Assembly: GCA_038319675.1 (NCBI GenBank)
Contig: JBBQDM010000002.1
Location: 273,562-337,561, forward strand
Source: Vicinamibacterales bacterium
Lineage (GTDB): Bacteria > Acidobacteriota > Vicinamibacteria > Vicinamibacterales > SCN-69-37
Direction: 5' to 3'
DNA length: 64,000 bases
In this document: in pieces, positions 9,393-18,813 of the stretch
How positions within the stretch are numbered: the first letter of the stretch is position 1
Layout: every line of letters starts with the position of its first letter
The notes under the pieces: model-generated
Databases searched by the model: none
What the model saw: the letters and a program-made list of their open reading frames with translations, nothing else
What the model was told of the DNA's origin: nothing
Translations under genes and position numbers: made by a program

Positions 9393-10487
9393 ATGGGAAA
9401 ACGGGAAGTTTTCATCCTCGCCGGGTTCATCGTCATCGGGGTCGTTGTGTATCAGTTCACGGCCCCGCCGCCCACCGGTGAGTCGTCATTCTCGTTTGCC
9501 AACTGGTTCGGCGAAGTGCGGCGCGACATGCGCGGCAATCCGGGCCGCGCTGAGCTGACCCAGACAGTCACCATTCCGCTTGAGGCGGCCCACCGCGAAG
9601 TTCGCATTCAGCGGATTGGCCGCGCGGTCAGCGTCATCGGTGAAGACCGAACAGACATCGAATACACCTACACGGTCACGTCCACCGGGCCAGACGATGA
9701 AACGGCGAAGGCCTATGCCGAGCGCACAGTCCTTGAGCGCGACGACGTGGCGGATTCGCTGGTGTTGCGGGTGGATTATCCCGAAGAAGGGACCCAGGAG
9801 ACCGCCCTGGTCATCAAGGTGCCATCGTCGATGAACGTCCGCGTCGAGAATGCCAACGGCGTGACGATGACCGACATTGCCGGCGCCCACATCGAAGCGG
9901 CGCGTGGCGCAGTGACACTCTCCAACATCACCGGCGCCGTGAATGGGTCGCACCAGGATGGCGCCGTCACGGTGACCAATGCCGGTATCGTCAAGATGCG
10001 CCTCACGCGTTTGCGCAGCAAATTCGAAAATGTGACCGGGCCGATCACGCTGGATGTGCGTGATGGCGAGTGCGACATCCTGAATTCCGGCGGTGCGACA
10101 GAAATCGACTCGTTGCGCGCCACGCTCAGGCTGACCAACCATCGCGGCGAGGTGATCGTGCGTGGCAACGACGGTCGTGTCACGCTCGAGGCGCCGTTGG
10201 CTGAAAGCCGCGTGGACATGCGCCGCACCGAGGTGGAGGTGACACTGACGGGCGCTGTGCCCGTCACGATCGTGACGACGGACCAGACGGCGCGGGTCAT
10301 TATCAAAGCGTCGGCGCGCGTGATGCTGGACGCCGGCAGCACGGACGGGCGAATTCAGGCAGCCGACGTGAATCTGACGCCAGTCATCGACGGTAATAAT
10401 TCCTCACTCGTGCACACGTTCGGCACCGGTAGTGGTGCGCGCGTCACCGTACGCAACACGCGCGGCGAAATCGTGATCCGCAAATAA
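9393..10487 (+). CDS. membrane-anchored DUF4097-like beta-strand-repeat (putative adhesin) protein
   Basis: Trimmed to ATG 9393 (MGKREVFILAGFIVIGVVVYQF, TM anchor). The remainder is repetitive short V/T/D-rich beta segments ending in RGEIVIRK, typical of DUF4097. Confidence 0.6.
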   Translation: MGKREVFILAGFIVIGVVVYQFTAPPPTGESSFSFANWFGEVRRDMRGNPGRAELTQTVTIPLEAAHREVRIQRIGRAVSVIGEDRTDIEYTYTVTSTGPDDETAKAYAERTVLERDDVADSLVLRVDYPEEGTQETALVIKVPSSMNVRVENANGVTMTDIAGAHIEAARGAVTLSNITGAVNGSHQDGAVTVTNAGIVKMRLTRLRSKFENVTGPITLDVRDGECDILNSGGATEIDSLRATLRLTNHRGEVIVRGNDGRVTLEAPLAESRVDMRRTEVEVTLTGAVPVTIVTTDQTARVIIKASARVMLDAGSTDGRIQAADVNLTPVIDGNNSSLVHTFGTGSGARVTVRNTRGEIVIRK

Positions 10488-10515
10488 TTATTTTGTGCGA
10501 CACGGTGTTTTGATC

Positions 10516-10543
10516 TTGACGGAGGTTGCGCTCCGGTTCTAAT
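10516..10543 (+). promoter_or_regulatory. putative sigma70 promoter of purC (TTGACG-16-TCTAAT)
   Basis: The hexamers are read directly from the sequence, 20 nt upstream of the purC ATG in an AT-enriched intergenic stretch. Confidence 0.4.
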
Positions 10544-10562
10544 CTTCTCGTTCCGTCACGTC

Positions 10563-11468
10563 ATGTCTTCACTCGTACTCGAAACACATCTCTCTGGTCT
10601 CACGTTGCAGCGTCGCGGCAAAGTGCGTGACGTGTACGATCTCGGCGACACGCTGCTGATCGTCGCGACCGACCGCATCTCGGCGTTTGACTACGTGCTC
10701 GGCTCGGGCATTCCCGACAAGGGCAAGGTCCTCACGCAGTTGTCGGCGTTCTGGTTTGCCAAACTGGCCGACCTGGTGCCGCATCACCTGATCTCGGTGA
10801 ATGTGGACGACTTCCCTGCCGAGGCGCAGGCACATCGTGATGTGTTGCGCGGCCGGTCGATGCTGGTGCGCAAGACCAACCCGCTGCAGGTCGAATGTGT
10901 GGCCCGCGGATTTCTGTCGGGTTCGGGCCTCAAGGATTACAACAAGACCGGTGCGGTGTGCGGCATTCCGCTGCCTGCCGGCCTGCGCGACTCGGATCGG
11001 CTGCCACAGCCGATCTTTACGCCGGCAACAAAGGCCGAATCGGGTCACGACGAAAACATCAGCGAAGCCGAGGCCGGCAAGATTGTGGGCGAGGAACTGA
11101 TTCAGCGCCTCAAGACCTTGACGCTTGAAATTTATGCGCGTGGCGTGGCGCATGCTGAAACGTGCGGCATCATCATCGCCGACACCAAGTTTGAATTCGG
11201 CATCGACGAAACCAAGGGCAACGAACTCGTGCTCATCGACGAAGTGCTCACGCCGGATTCGTCGCGTTTCTGGCCGAAAGATCAGTACGGGCCCGGCCGC
11301 AGCCAGCCCAGTTTCGACAAACAGTTTGTGCGCGACTACCTCGAGGAGGTCGGCTGGAACAAGCAGCCGCCGGTTCCTTCGCTGCCCGAGGATGTCGTCA
11401 TGAAGACCCGCGCCAAGTATCTGGAAGCCTACCGGGTCATCACCGGGCACGAACTGGACGTAGCGTGA
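10563..11468 (+). CDS. purC: phosphoribosylaminoimidazole-succinocarboxamide (SAICAR) synthase
   Basis: Motifs [19 protein letters not shown] and IADTKFEFG; 301 aa long-form PurC. Confidence 0.92.
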   Translation: MSSLVLETHLSGLTLQRRGKVRDVYDLGDTLLIVATDRISAFDYVLGSGIPDKGKVLTQLSAFWFAKLADLVPHHLISVNVDDFPAEAQAHRDVLRGRSMLVRKTNPLQVECVARGFLSGSGLKDYNKTGAVCGIPLPAGLRDSDRLPQPIFTPATKAESGHDENISEAEAGKIVGEELIQRLKTLTLEIYARGVAHAETCGIIIADTKFEFGIDETKGNELVLIDEVLTPDSSRFWPKDQYGPGRSQPSFDKQFVRDYLEEVGWNKQPPVPSLPEDVVMKTRAKYLEAYRVITGHELDVA

Positions 11469-11677
11469 TCAAAGACGATCTCGACACGCTCGTGCAGCAA
11501 CTCCTCGACCGCGGCATCCTGTTTGAAGACGCCCAGCGCGAGTTCGAGCGCCTCTTCATCGCCCGCGCCCTGGCCAAGACCAACGGCAACGTCTGCAAAG
11601 CCGCCAAAATCACCGGCCTGCACCGCAATACCCTCTCGCGCAAGATCTCCACTTACCGCATCAAACGCGCAGGGTAG
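11465..11677 (+). CDS. small Fis-family HTH DNA-binding protein
   Basis: 70 aa with a C-terminal [20 protein letters not shown] Fis-type HTH. GTGA overlap with the purC stop. Confidence 0.7.
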   Translation: MIKDDLDTLVQQLLDRGILFEDAQREFERLFIARALAKTNGNVCKAAKITGLHRNTLSRKISTYRIKRAG

Positions 11678-11680
11678 TCC

Positions 11681-11701
11681 GGCGGACCGCGGACTGCGGA
11701 C
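11681..11701 (+). repeat. heptamer tandem repeat array 1 (GGCGGAC CGCGGAC TGCGGAC)
   Basis: Three 7-nt units. Contains the 18-nt core GGACCGCGGACTGCGGAC (11684-11701) shared with arrays 2 and 3. Confidence 0.8.
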
Positions 11702-11735
11702 TGTCGCCCTGCACCCAGTCTTGGCGCCGCCATCA

Positions 11736-11916
11736 CGGCGTGGTGCCGGCTGCGGCCTCCGAGGATCGAGGCTCGAAACCTGCGCCTCCGCCGGCTTGTC
11801 TTGGCGTCAGAACGCGTGGGGGCCCCCATCCCCACGCTTGTGGTTTTCGACTCCGGCGCAGGTTTCATGCAATCGATTCGCCTCGTTCCTAGTCGGCCGC
11901 AGCCGGCACCACGCCG
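11736..11916. repeat. 181-nt imperfect inverted repeat / long hairpin
   Basis: Perfect 22-nt arms CGGCGTGGTGCCGGCTGCGGCC (11736-11757) and their reverse complement (11895-11916). Inner 11-nt arms AAACCTGCGCC (11776-11786) and GGCGCAGGTTT (11855-11865). Central GCGTGGGG/CCCCACGC hairpin. Confidence 0.8.
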
Positions 11917-11932
11917 CGCTGGCGGGTGTCAC

Positions 11933-11967
11933 CTGGGACGGCGGACCGGGGACCGCGGACTGCGGAC
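11933..11967 (+). repeat. heptamer tandem repeat array 2 (CTGGGAC GGCGGAC CGGGGAC CGCGGAC TGCGGAC)
   Basis: Five 7-nt units. The 18-nt core is at 11950-11967, and the array ends 14 nt upstream of the groES -35 hexamer. Confidence 0.8.
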
Positions 11968-11981
11968 TGAGCGCGGCGCCC

Positions 11982-12011
11982 TTGACCGCCGCCGCGCCCC
12001 TCGCCTACAAT
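11982..12011 (+). promoter_or_regulatory. putative sigma70 promoter of groESL (TTGACC-18-TACAAT)
   Basis: The hexamers are read directly. The -10 abuts the CIRCE operator, as is usual for HrcA-controlled groESL. Confidence 0.6.
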
Positions 12012-12037
12012 TAGCAGTCGGTCAGGCTGAGTGCTAA
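12011..12037 (+). promoter_or_regulatory. CIRCE operator (HrcA binding site)
   Basis: TTAGCAGTC-N9-GAGTGCTAA against the consensus TTAGCACTC-N9-GAGTGCTAA (1 mismatch), 75 nt upstream of groES. Confidence 0.85.
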
Positions 12038-12060
12038 CAGTCAGAGCAACTGAGTGCCAG
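12034..12060 (+). promoter_or_regulatory. second, degenerate CIRCE-like inverted repeat overlapping the first by 4 nt
   Basis: CTAACAGTC-N9-GAGTGCCAG. It has the same 9-9-9 architecture with 5 mismatches to consensus. Confidence 0.45.
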
Positions 12061-12111
12061 CACACAGCCATTCACACAGACCGTTTTTCATAGTCCACGG
12101 AGAGAGCACAC

Positions 12112-12411
12112 ATGAACGTCAGACCCCTTCACGACCGCGTCATCCTTCAGCGTATTGACGAAGGTGAACAGCGCGCGGGCAGCATCATCATCCCCGACAG
12201 CGCCAAGGAAAAGCCCCAGCACGGCAAAGTTGTTGCCGTTGGCAAGGGCAAGATCGAAAAAGACGGCAAGGTTACGCCGCTCGACGTCAAGGCCGGTGAC
12301 ACGGTGCTGTTCGGCAAATATGCCGGCCAGGAGATCAAGGTTGACGGCGAAGAGTATCTGATCATGCGCGAGGAAGAAATTCTCGCCGTGGTCGAAGGCA
12401 AGAAGAAGTAG
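12112..12411 (+). CDS. groES: co-chaperonin GroES
   Basis: [35 protein letters not shown]...; 99 aa with a GGAGAG RBS. Confidence 0.97.
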   Translation: MNVRPLHDRVILQRIDEGEQRAGSIIIPDSAKEKPQHGKVVAVGKGKIEKDGKVTPLDVKAGDTVLFGKYAGQEIKVDGEEYLIMREEEILAVVEGKKK

Positions 12412-14067
<1,656 letters not shown>

Positions 14068-14070
14068 ACC

Positions 14071-14105
14071 GTCCTCGGTCCGCAGTCCGCGGTCCGCAGT
14101 TCGGA
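14071..14105 (-). repeat. heptamer tandem repeat array 3 (inverted orientation, 5 units)
   Basis: The plus strand reads GTCCTCG GTCCGCA GTCCGCG GTCCGCA GTTCGGA. The reverse complement of the 18-nt core is at 14078-14095. The array starts 3 nt after the groEL stop. Confidence 0.8.
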
Positions 14106-14112
14106 ATACGGA

Positions 14113-14146
14113 GGGCCCGGTGGCTTCGGCTGCCGGGCCCTTTTTT
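14113..14146 (+). terminator. rho-independent terminator of groESL (possibly bidirectional)
   Basis: A 12-bp stem GGGCCCGGTGGC / GCTGCCGGGCCC (two G-U pairs) with a TTCG tetraloop, followed by TTTTTT. Confidence 0.8.
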
Positions 14147-14149
14147 CCT

Positions 14150-14380
14150 TTAGCGTGCGGCGAGCTGGCGGGCGTGGACGATCTCTCGCAGCCCGACGGG
14201 TCGCACATGGGCAGCCTCGACTGTAGCCACCACAGCCGTTTCCCCGTCGAGCGTCATGAACTCGACCTCAAATGCCTCGCCATCGCGGTAGACGAGAACT
14301 ATCGTCCCAACGTCTCCACGCTCGAGCCCCTCCGACGCCAGCGGCGCGGTCAGCACTATCCGGTCCAGCTCTTTCAGCAT
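14150..14380 (-). CDS. DUF4926-like small protein
   Basis: 76 aa. The pattern MLKELDRIVLT...GDVGTIVLVYRDGEAFEVEF matches DUF4926 proteins as I recall them. Confidence 0.6.
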   Translation of the reverse strand: MLKELDRIVLTAPLASEGLERGDVGTIVLVYRDGEAFEVEFMTLDGETAVVATVEAAHVRPVGLREIVHARQLAAR

Positions 14381-14479
14381 CAGTGGATCACCCTTAAGGA
14401 AGGATACGCCGTTACGAATCGCGGCGCACCTCCGGGAGCGGGAAGACTATTACAATGGCCTCCAACCGAGGGGGAACCC

Positions 14480-15142
14480 ATGACACGACGATACTCACCG
14501 CTCTTCATGCTCACCGCGACGTCGCTGATGGTGGTCGCGTGCGGCGCGAGCGTCCCGACGAAACCAGAAGCCGCCGCGGCGTTATCCACGGCCATCGAGT
14601 CGACCCTCACCAGGACGCTGCCGGCGTCGACGTACTGCATGACGGCGAATCCGGATTTTTCCTTCGCGAACCTGGGCCAGGTGGACTTCGTGGAGATGTT
14701 TCAGAACCTGAGGGACAAGGGGCCGCTCTTCGACGCGACGAGAGCAGGCGTCGTCCGCGTCGAACTCTCGGAGTTCCGGTTCGATCCTGCCGGGCGCTCG
14801 CCGGATCCGTCGTGTGACGCGGTGCACGCACAGTCCAAGCAGAGCGGCTATACGAGTGGTCAGGTGCGACTCGCGGTGGTGCGCACCACGCTGACGCCGA
14901 AAGGCATGGCCGCGGGCGTCGAGTTTGACACGCCCGTCGACGTCGCCACGCGTGAGGTGGTGGACGTGACCGACATTCGGACCGAGCGCGGCGGGATCTC
15001 GGCTGTGACATACACCTGGCAGTGGAAGCCGACGCCGATGGCCGAAGTGGTCGGCTACACGCCCCCAGCGCCGCAGGAAGCCATCGCACGCTTCGGCCGA
15101 TCAGACGACGGCTGGGTCGTTAATGACGCGGGAGTGAAGTAG
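14480..15142 (+). CDS. lipoprotein, function unknown
   Basis: Trimmed from the track ORF 14042.. to ATG 14480, which is preceded by GAGGGGG. Signal peptide plus lipobox MLTATSLMVVAC. Confidence 0.65.
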   Translation: MTRRYSPLFMLTATSLMVVACGASVPTKPEAAAALSTAIESTLTRTLPASTYCMTANPDFSFANLGQVDFVEMFQNLRDKGPLFDATRAGVVRVELSEFRFDPAGRSPDPSCDAVHAQSKQSGYTSGQVRLAVVRTTLTPKGMAAGVEFDTPVDVATREVVDVTDIRTERGGISAVTYTWQWKPTPMAEVVGYTPPAPQEAIARFGRSDDGWVVNDAGVK

Positions 15143-16615
15143 ATGAAGTGGTCCCGAACACTGTTCGTTGTCGCCGCAGGTTTGGCATTGGCGCCTATGG
15201 CGACGATGGCCCGGCAGAGCAACGCCGATGACACGCTGGCGCGGATCCGCGCCGAAGGCCTGGAGCGCTCGACGGCCCAATCGCTCTTTCTCACCCTGAC
15301 CGACGGCTTCGGTGCCCGCCTGACCGGGGCACCCGCCCACGTGCTTTCCGCGAACTGGGCCCGTGACCGATTCGCGGAATGGGGCCTCACGAGTGCGCGG
15401 CTCGAACCGTTCGAGTTCGGAGCCGGGTGGGAACTGCTCCATGTATCCGCGGCCATGACCGAGCCGCGTTATTTTCCGCTGATCGCGTATCCGGAGGCGT
15501 GGACACGCTCCACGGCCGGCGCGCTCACCGGACGCGTCGTCTACCTTGGCGACAAGACGTCGGAGCAAATCACCGCCATGGGAGAGGCGCTCAAAGGCGC
15601 CATCGTCCTCACCCATCCGCCCGTCACCACCTTTATCGACCGCGACCGCCCGCAGCCAGGCCTCACCGACACGCCGACAGCCACCGGTAACCCGTCCCTC
15701 CCCCAGGCGCGCCCACCGATCCCGGGCGCCACGCTCGCATCGCTTCTGCGGCAATTTGGTGCCGGCGTGGCGATTCGACCGAGCACCTACACCGACGGCA
15801 CAGTCGGTGTGCTCGGCAACCGGAACACCCCTCGTGATGCCGTGCCCACGATCGTCATCGGCACCGAGCAGTACAACATGATGGCGCGCCTCGCCGCGGC
15901 CGGGCAGCCGGTATCGATGACGGTCGAATCGCGCACACGTCATCACGACACTGACCGCAACAGCTACAACGTGATTGCGGAGATCGTCGGCACCGATCCG
16001 GCCATTCGCGACGAATACGTGCTCATCGGCGCGCACCTCGACTCCTGGCACGCCGCCAACGGCGCCACCGATAACGGCGATGGCGTGGTCGCGGTCATGG
16101 AGGCCGTGCGCATTCTCAGGGCGATCGGCGCAGCGCCGCGGCGGACGATCAGAGTGGCGCTCTGGAGCGGTGAAGAACAAGGGCTGCTTGGCGCTCGCGC
16201 CTACATCGCGCAGCATCTCTCCACGCCGGAAGCGCAGGCGAAGCTTCAGGTGTATCTGAACGACGATCCAGGCAGCGGACGCACACTCGGCTTCTACATG
16301 GAGAAAAACGAAGCGGCGAAAATGTTCTTCGATCGCTGGCTTGCACCCCTGCGCGACCTGGGCATGACGATGAACGTCATGGAGGGGATCGGATCAACCG
16401 ACCACGTGCCGTTCGTGCAGGCGGGCATGCCCGCATTTAATGCCATCAAGGATTTTGAGGCGTACGACGTGCGCACACGCCACACCAACGCGGACTTCCC
16501 GGAACGCATGAGCGAGGACGAACTCAAACAACAAGCCGTGGTGATGGCGACTTTCGCATGGCAGGCCGCGATGATGACGGACCGCATTCCCCGCTTGCCG
16601 CAGGTGCCACGGTAG
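15143..16615 (+). CDS. M28-family metallo-aminopeptidase with PA domain (secreted)
   Basis: Signal peptide, then GAHLDSWH, ATDNGDG and SGEEQGLLGARAY zinc-ligand motifs of M28. Confidence 0.85.
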   Translation: MKWSRTLFVVAAGLALAPMATMARQSNADDTLARIRAEGLERSTAQSLFLTLTDGFGARLTGAPAHVLSANWARDRFAEWGLTSARLEPFEFGAGWELLHVSAAMTEPRYFPLIAYPEAWTRSTAGALTGRVVYLGDKTSEQITAMGEALKGAIVLTHPPVTTFIDRDRPQPGLTDTPTATGNPSLPQARPPIPGATLASLLRQFGAGVAIRPSTYTDGTVGVLGNRNTPRDAVPTIVIGTEQYNMMARLAAAGQPVSMTVESRTRHHDTDRNSYNVIAEIVGTDPAIRDEYVLIGAHLDSWHAANGATDNGDGVVAVMEAVRILRAIGAAPRRTIRVALWSGEEQGLLGARAYIAQHLSTPEAQAKLQVYLNDDPGSGRTLGFYMEKNEAAKMFFDRWLAPLRDLGMTMNVMEGIGSTDHVPFVQAGMPAFNAIKDFEAYDVRTRHTNADFPERMSEDELKQQAVVMATFAWQAAMMTDRIPRLPQVPR

Positions 16616-16628
16616 TCGAAAATACGCC

Positions 16629-16823
16629 ATGAAGAATCCGTTGACCCCGGGCAAGTCTGCCCCCGTCAAGTCGTGGACCGACTTCGCTCTGCTCGCGCGG
16701 GATGCGCGTCACTTCGACACCACGGTGATGGAGGTGGTGTCGTCGGCCGACCACGCCGCGGTCCTCAAAGCGCTCAACGACGCCACCCGCCCCTATGCTG
16801 TCTGCATCCTGAAGCCGAAGTAG
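16629..16823 (+). CDS. small hypothetical protein (64 aa)
   Basis: High third-position GC consistent with coding. Its stop lies 1 nt before the LytS-like kinase start. No family recognised. Confidence 0.5.
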   Translation: MKNPLTPGKSAPVKSWTDFALLARDARHFDTTVMEVVSSADHAAVLKALNDATRPYAVCILKPK

Positions 16824-16824
16824 A

Positions 16825-17934
16825 GTGATGGTTGTCGAACAACGGAACCGCCGACTCTGGATGGAGACGGCGCTCATCTTCGCCGCATGGGCAGTGTTTG
16901 GATTGCTCCTGGCCCACCAGAGCTACATCCAGTCGTCGCTGGGCGGGCGCCAGATGCCCTGGGTGATCGCCTTGCGGCCCGCGCTGCTGGAAGCCAGCCT
17001 CTGGGCGTTCACCACCCTTGCCATTTTCTGGCTGGCCCGCCGCTTTCCGATCGAGCGCGGGCGGGTGCTCCGGGGAATCGCGGTACACCTTGTCGCTGCC
17101 GTCGTCATCGCGCTGGCGCGCACCGGCGTCATGATCGTGCTGGGCTGGTACCTGCCCTGGATCCGCGTGCGCACCTTCGATCTCCAGTTCTGGGGCACGT
17201 CCAGCCAGAACGTCCTCTTTTATGCCCTGCTGCTCGGCATCGCACACCTTGTGCTCTACTACCGGCGCTATCGCGAGCGCGAACAGGCCGCGGCGCAGTT
17301 GGCCAGGGGCCTCACCGAGGCGCGACTGCAGGCGCTCAAGATGCAACTGCAACCACACTTCCTTTTCAACACGCTGAATGCGATCTCGGCGCTCATCCCC
17401 GCTGATGCGCAACCCGCCAGGCGAATGGTCGCCCGCCTCGGCGACCTCCTGCGCTCCACCCTCGAGCACGAAGACACTCAAGAAGTGACGCTGCGCGAGG
17501 AGCTCGCCTTTCTCGAACCCTACCTGGAGATCGAGCAAGCGCGCCTGGAAGACCGACTGACGGTCGTGATGACGATCCCTCCGGAGACGCTGGATGCACG
17601 TGTGCCCCATTTGCTCCTGCAGCCGTTGATGGAGAACGCGATCCGTCATGGCATCGCGGCGCGCATCGAACCGGGGAGGGTCGAGGTTTCCGCGTCCCGT
17701 AGCGCCGACGACCGGTTCCTGCACCTCGAAATACAAGACGATGGCCTGGGCATGGTTCGGAACAATGAGGTCAGAACCCGGAGGGGCGTCGGGCTAACCA
17801 ACATCCGCTCCAGGCTCGAACAGCTCTACGGCGCCGAGCATCGCTTCAAGCTCGAGAATCAAGCCAGCGGAGGGGTGCTCGTGCGCATCAGTATTCCCTA
17901 TCGACTCGCAGACACACGTGAGGGGTCCGCATGA
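16825..17934 (+). CDS. LytS/YehU-type sensor histidine kinase
   Basis: About 5 N-terminal TM helices, an LQMQLQPHFLFNTLNAISALI H-box (His_kinase PF06580 type) and a C-terminal GHKL ATPase (GVGLTNIRSRL). Confidence 0.85.
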   Translation: MMVVEQRNRRLWMETALIFAAWAVFGLLLAHQSYIQSSLGGRQMPWVIALRPALLEASLWAFTTLAIFWLARRFPIERGRVLRGIAVHLVAAVVIALARTGVMIVLGWYLPWIRVRTFDLQFWGTSSQNVLFYALLLGIAHLVLYYRRYREREQAAAQLARGLTEARLQALKMQLQPHFLFNTLNAISALIPADAQPARRMVARLGDLLRSTLEHEDTQEVTLREELAFLEPYLEIEQARLEDRLTVVMTIPPETLDARVPHLLLQPLMENAIRHGIAARIEPGRVEVSASRSADDRFLHLEIQDDGLGMVRNNEVRTRRGVGLTNIRSRLEQLYGAEHRFKLENQASGGVLVRISIPYRLADTREGSA

Positions 17935-18698
17935 CGATCCGCGCCGCGATCGTTGACGATGAGCCGCTGGCACGTCGACGCATCCGCAACCTGCTCGCAG
18001 AAGCATCAGACGTTGACGTCATCGCCGAATGCGCCAACGGCAAGGACGCGATCGAATCCTTCGAAGAGTCACCACCGGATCTGCTCTTCCTCGACATTCA
18101 GATGCCCGAAGTCGACGGCTTCGACGTGCTGCAGGCGATAGGCCGTGGCCGTGTCCCGGCGGTGATCTTCGTGACCGCCTACGACCAGTTTGCCCTGCGC
18201 GCCTTCGAAGCTCATGCGCTGGACTACCTGCTGAAGCCATTTGACGACGAGCGTTTCGGCGCGGCGCTGCAGCGTGCGCGAGAGCGAATCCGTCAGCAGC
18301 AGGAAGGCGATCTGGACCGTCGCCTGCAGGCGCTGCTCGAGAACGTGCGCGGCGATCATGGCTACCTGCGGCGGCTGGTTGTGCCGTCGGGCCACCGCAG
18401 CATCTTTGTTCGAACGGAGCACATTGACTGGATCGAGGCCGACCGCAACTACGTTCGTCTCCACGTCGGTGGGAAAGCCCACCTGTTGCGCGAGAACCTG
18501 ACCCACATCGCGTCCGCGCTGGATCCCGAGACGTTCTGCCGGATCCACCGCTCCACCATCGTCAATATCGATCGGATCCAAAGCGTCGAAGCACTCTTCC
18601 ATGGCGAGTACGTGGTGGTGCTTCATGACGGGACACAGTTGACCTCGGGTCGCAGCTATCGCCGCAGCCTGCACACCCTCATGGGCAAGAGCCCGTAG
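17931..18698 (+). CDS. LytR/AlgR-family response regulator (REC + LytTR)
   Basis: IVDDEPLARRRI...LDIQMPEVDG REC domain and a C-terminal LytTR domain (FCRIHRSTIVNIDRI). ATGA overlap with the kinase gene. Confidence 0.9.
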   Translation: MTIRAAIVDDEPLARRRIRNLLAEASDVDVIAECANGKDAIESFEESPPDLLFLDIQMPEVDGFDVLQAIGRGRVPAVIFVTAYDQFALRAFEAHALDYLLKPFDDERFGAALQRARERIRQQQEGDLDRRLQALLENVRGDHGYLRRLVVPSGHRSIFVRTEHIDWIEADRNYVRLHVGGKAHLLRENLTHIASALDPETFCRIHRSTIVNIDRIQSVEALFHGEYVVVLHDGTQLTSGRSYRRSLHTLMGKSP

Positions 18699-18719
18699 GG
18701 CGGCCTACGCCCTGCGCCC

Positions 18720-18757
18720 GTTCGTACCAGCCTGACGTTGTTCGTACGTGTTCTCAC
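18720..18757 (+). promoter_or_regulatory. direct repeats GTTCGTAC (x2, 20 bp apart) plus GTTCTCAC, a candidate LytTR operator
   Basis: Octamers at 18720-18727, 18740-18747 and 18750-18757, in the 115-nt gap between the LytTR regulator gene and the next gene. Confidence 0.35.
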
Positions 18758-18813
18758 GCGGTTGGGGCCAATCCTGTTGTTGGGAAGCAGAGGCCGACGA
18801 TACGGTGGGCGGC

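Noticed and set aside
10569-11450. 293-aa ORF antisense to purC. Similar long antisense ORFs include 8305..9330, 5977..6999, 13204..14208, 44204..46060, 50081..51769, 41788..43221, 46488..47618, 21732..22778, 15101..16216 and 53065..54030.
   Set aside because: Each lies fully inside a gene with strong family motifs on the other strand. Their translations are Arg/His/Gly/Pro-rich with no recognisable motifs. This is the expected stop-codon-poor shadow frame of a 67% GC genome.
11721-11795. tRNA-like appearance (GGCTCGAAACC resembling a T-loop) in the left arm of the long hairpin.
   Set aside because: I could not build an acceptor stem, D-arm or anticodon arm. The T-stem halves are not complementary, and the same sequence is mirrored in the right arm. 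It is part of the inverted repeat, not a tRNA.
11681-11967. Heptamer arrays considered as a CRISPR array or as MITE target-site duplications.
   Set aside because: The units are 7 nt with no spacers, so this is not CRISPR. The 18-24 nt direct copies sit 33-34 nt away from the inverted-repeat ends rather than abutting them, so they are not classical target-site duplications.
12045-12059. Sigma54-like motif TGGCACTCAGTTGCT on the minus strand near groES.
   Set aside because: The spacing between GG and GC is 1 nt short of the -24/-12 rule. The match is a by-product of the right arm of the second CIRCE-like repeat (GAGTGCCAG), and no gene lies downstream in that direction.
14380-14640. 86-aa minus-strand ORF whose TGA overlaps the ATG of the DUF4926 gene (ATGA), which looks like a toxin-antitoxin-style pair.
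   Set aside because: It overlaps by 160 nt the well-supported start (RBS, signal peptide, lipobox) of the divergent lipoprotein gene at 14480. Its sequence is low-complexity Ala/Gly/Ser/Val with no motif. Shorter in-frame starts leave only 33-42 aa. It is more likely promoter space.
17948-17965. Additional TGGCAC-containing sites inside coding regions (17951, 56931, 57821, 40461 and others).
   Set aside because: Each has the wrong -24/-12 spacing or lacks the TTGC element, and all lie inside CDSs.
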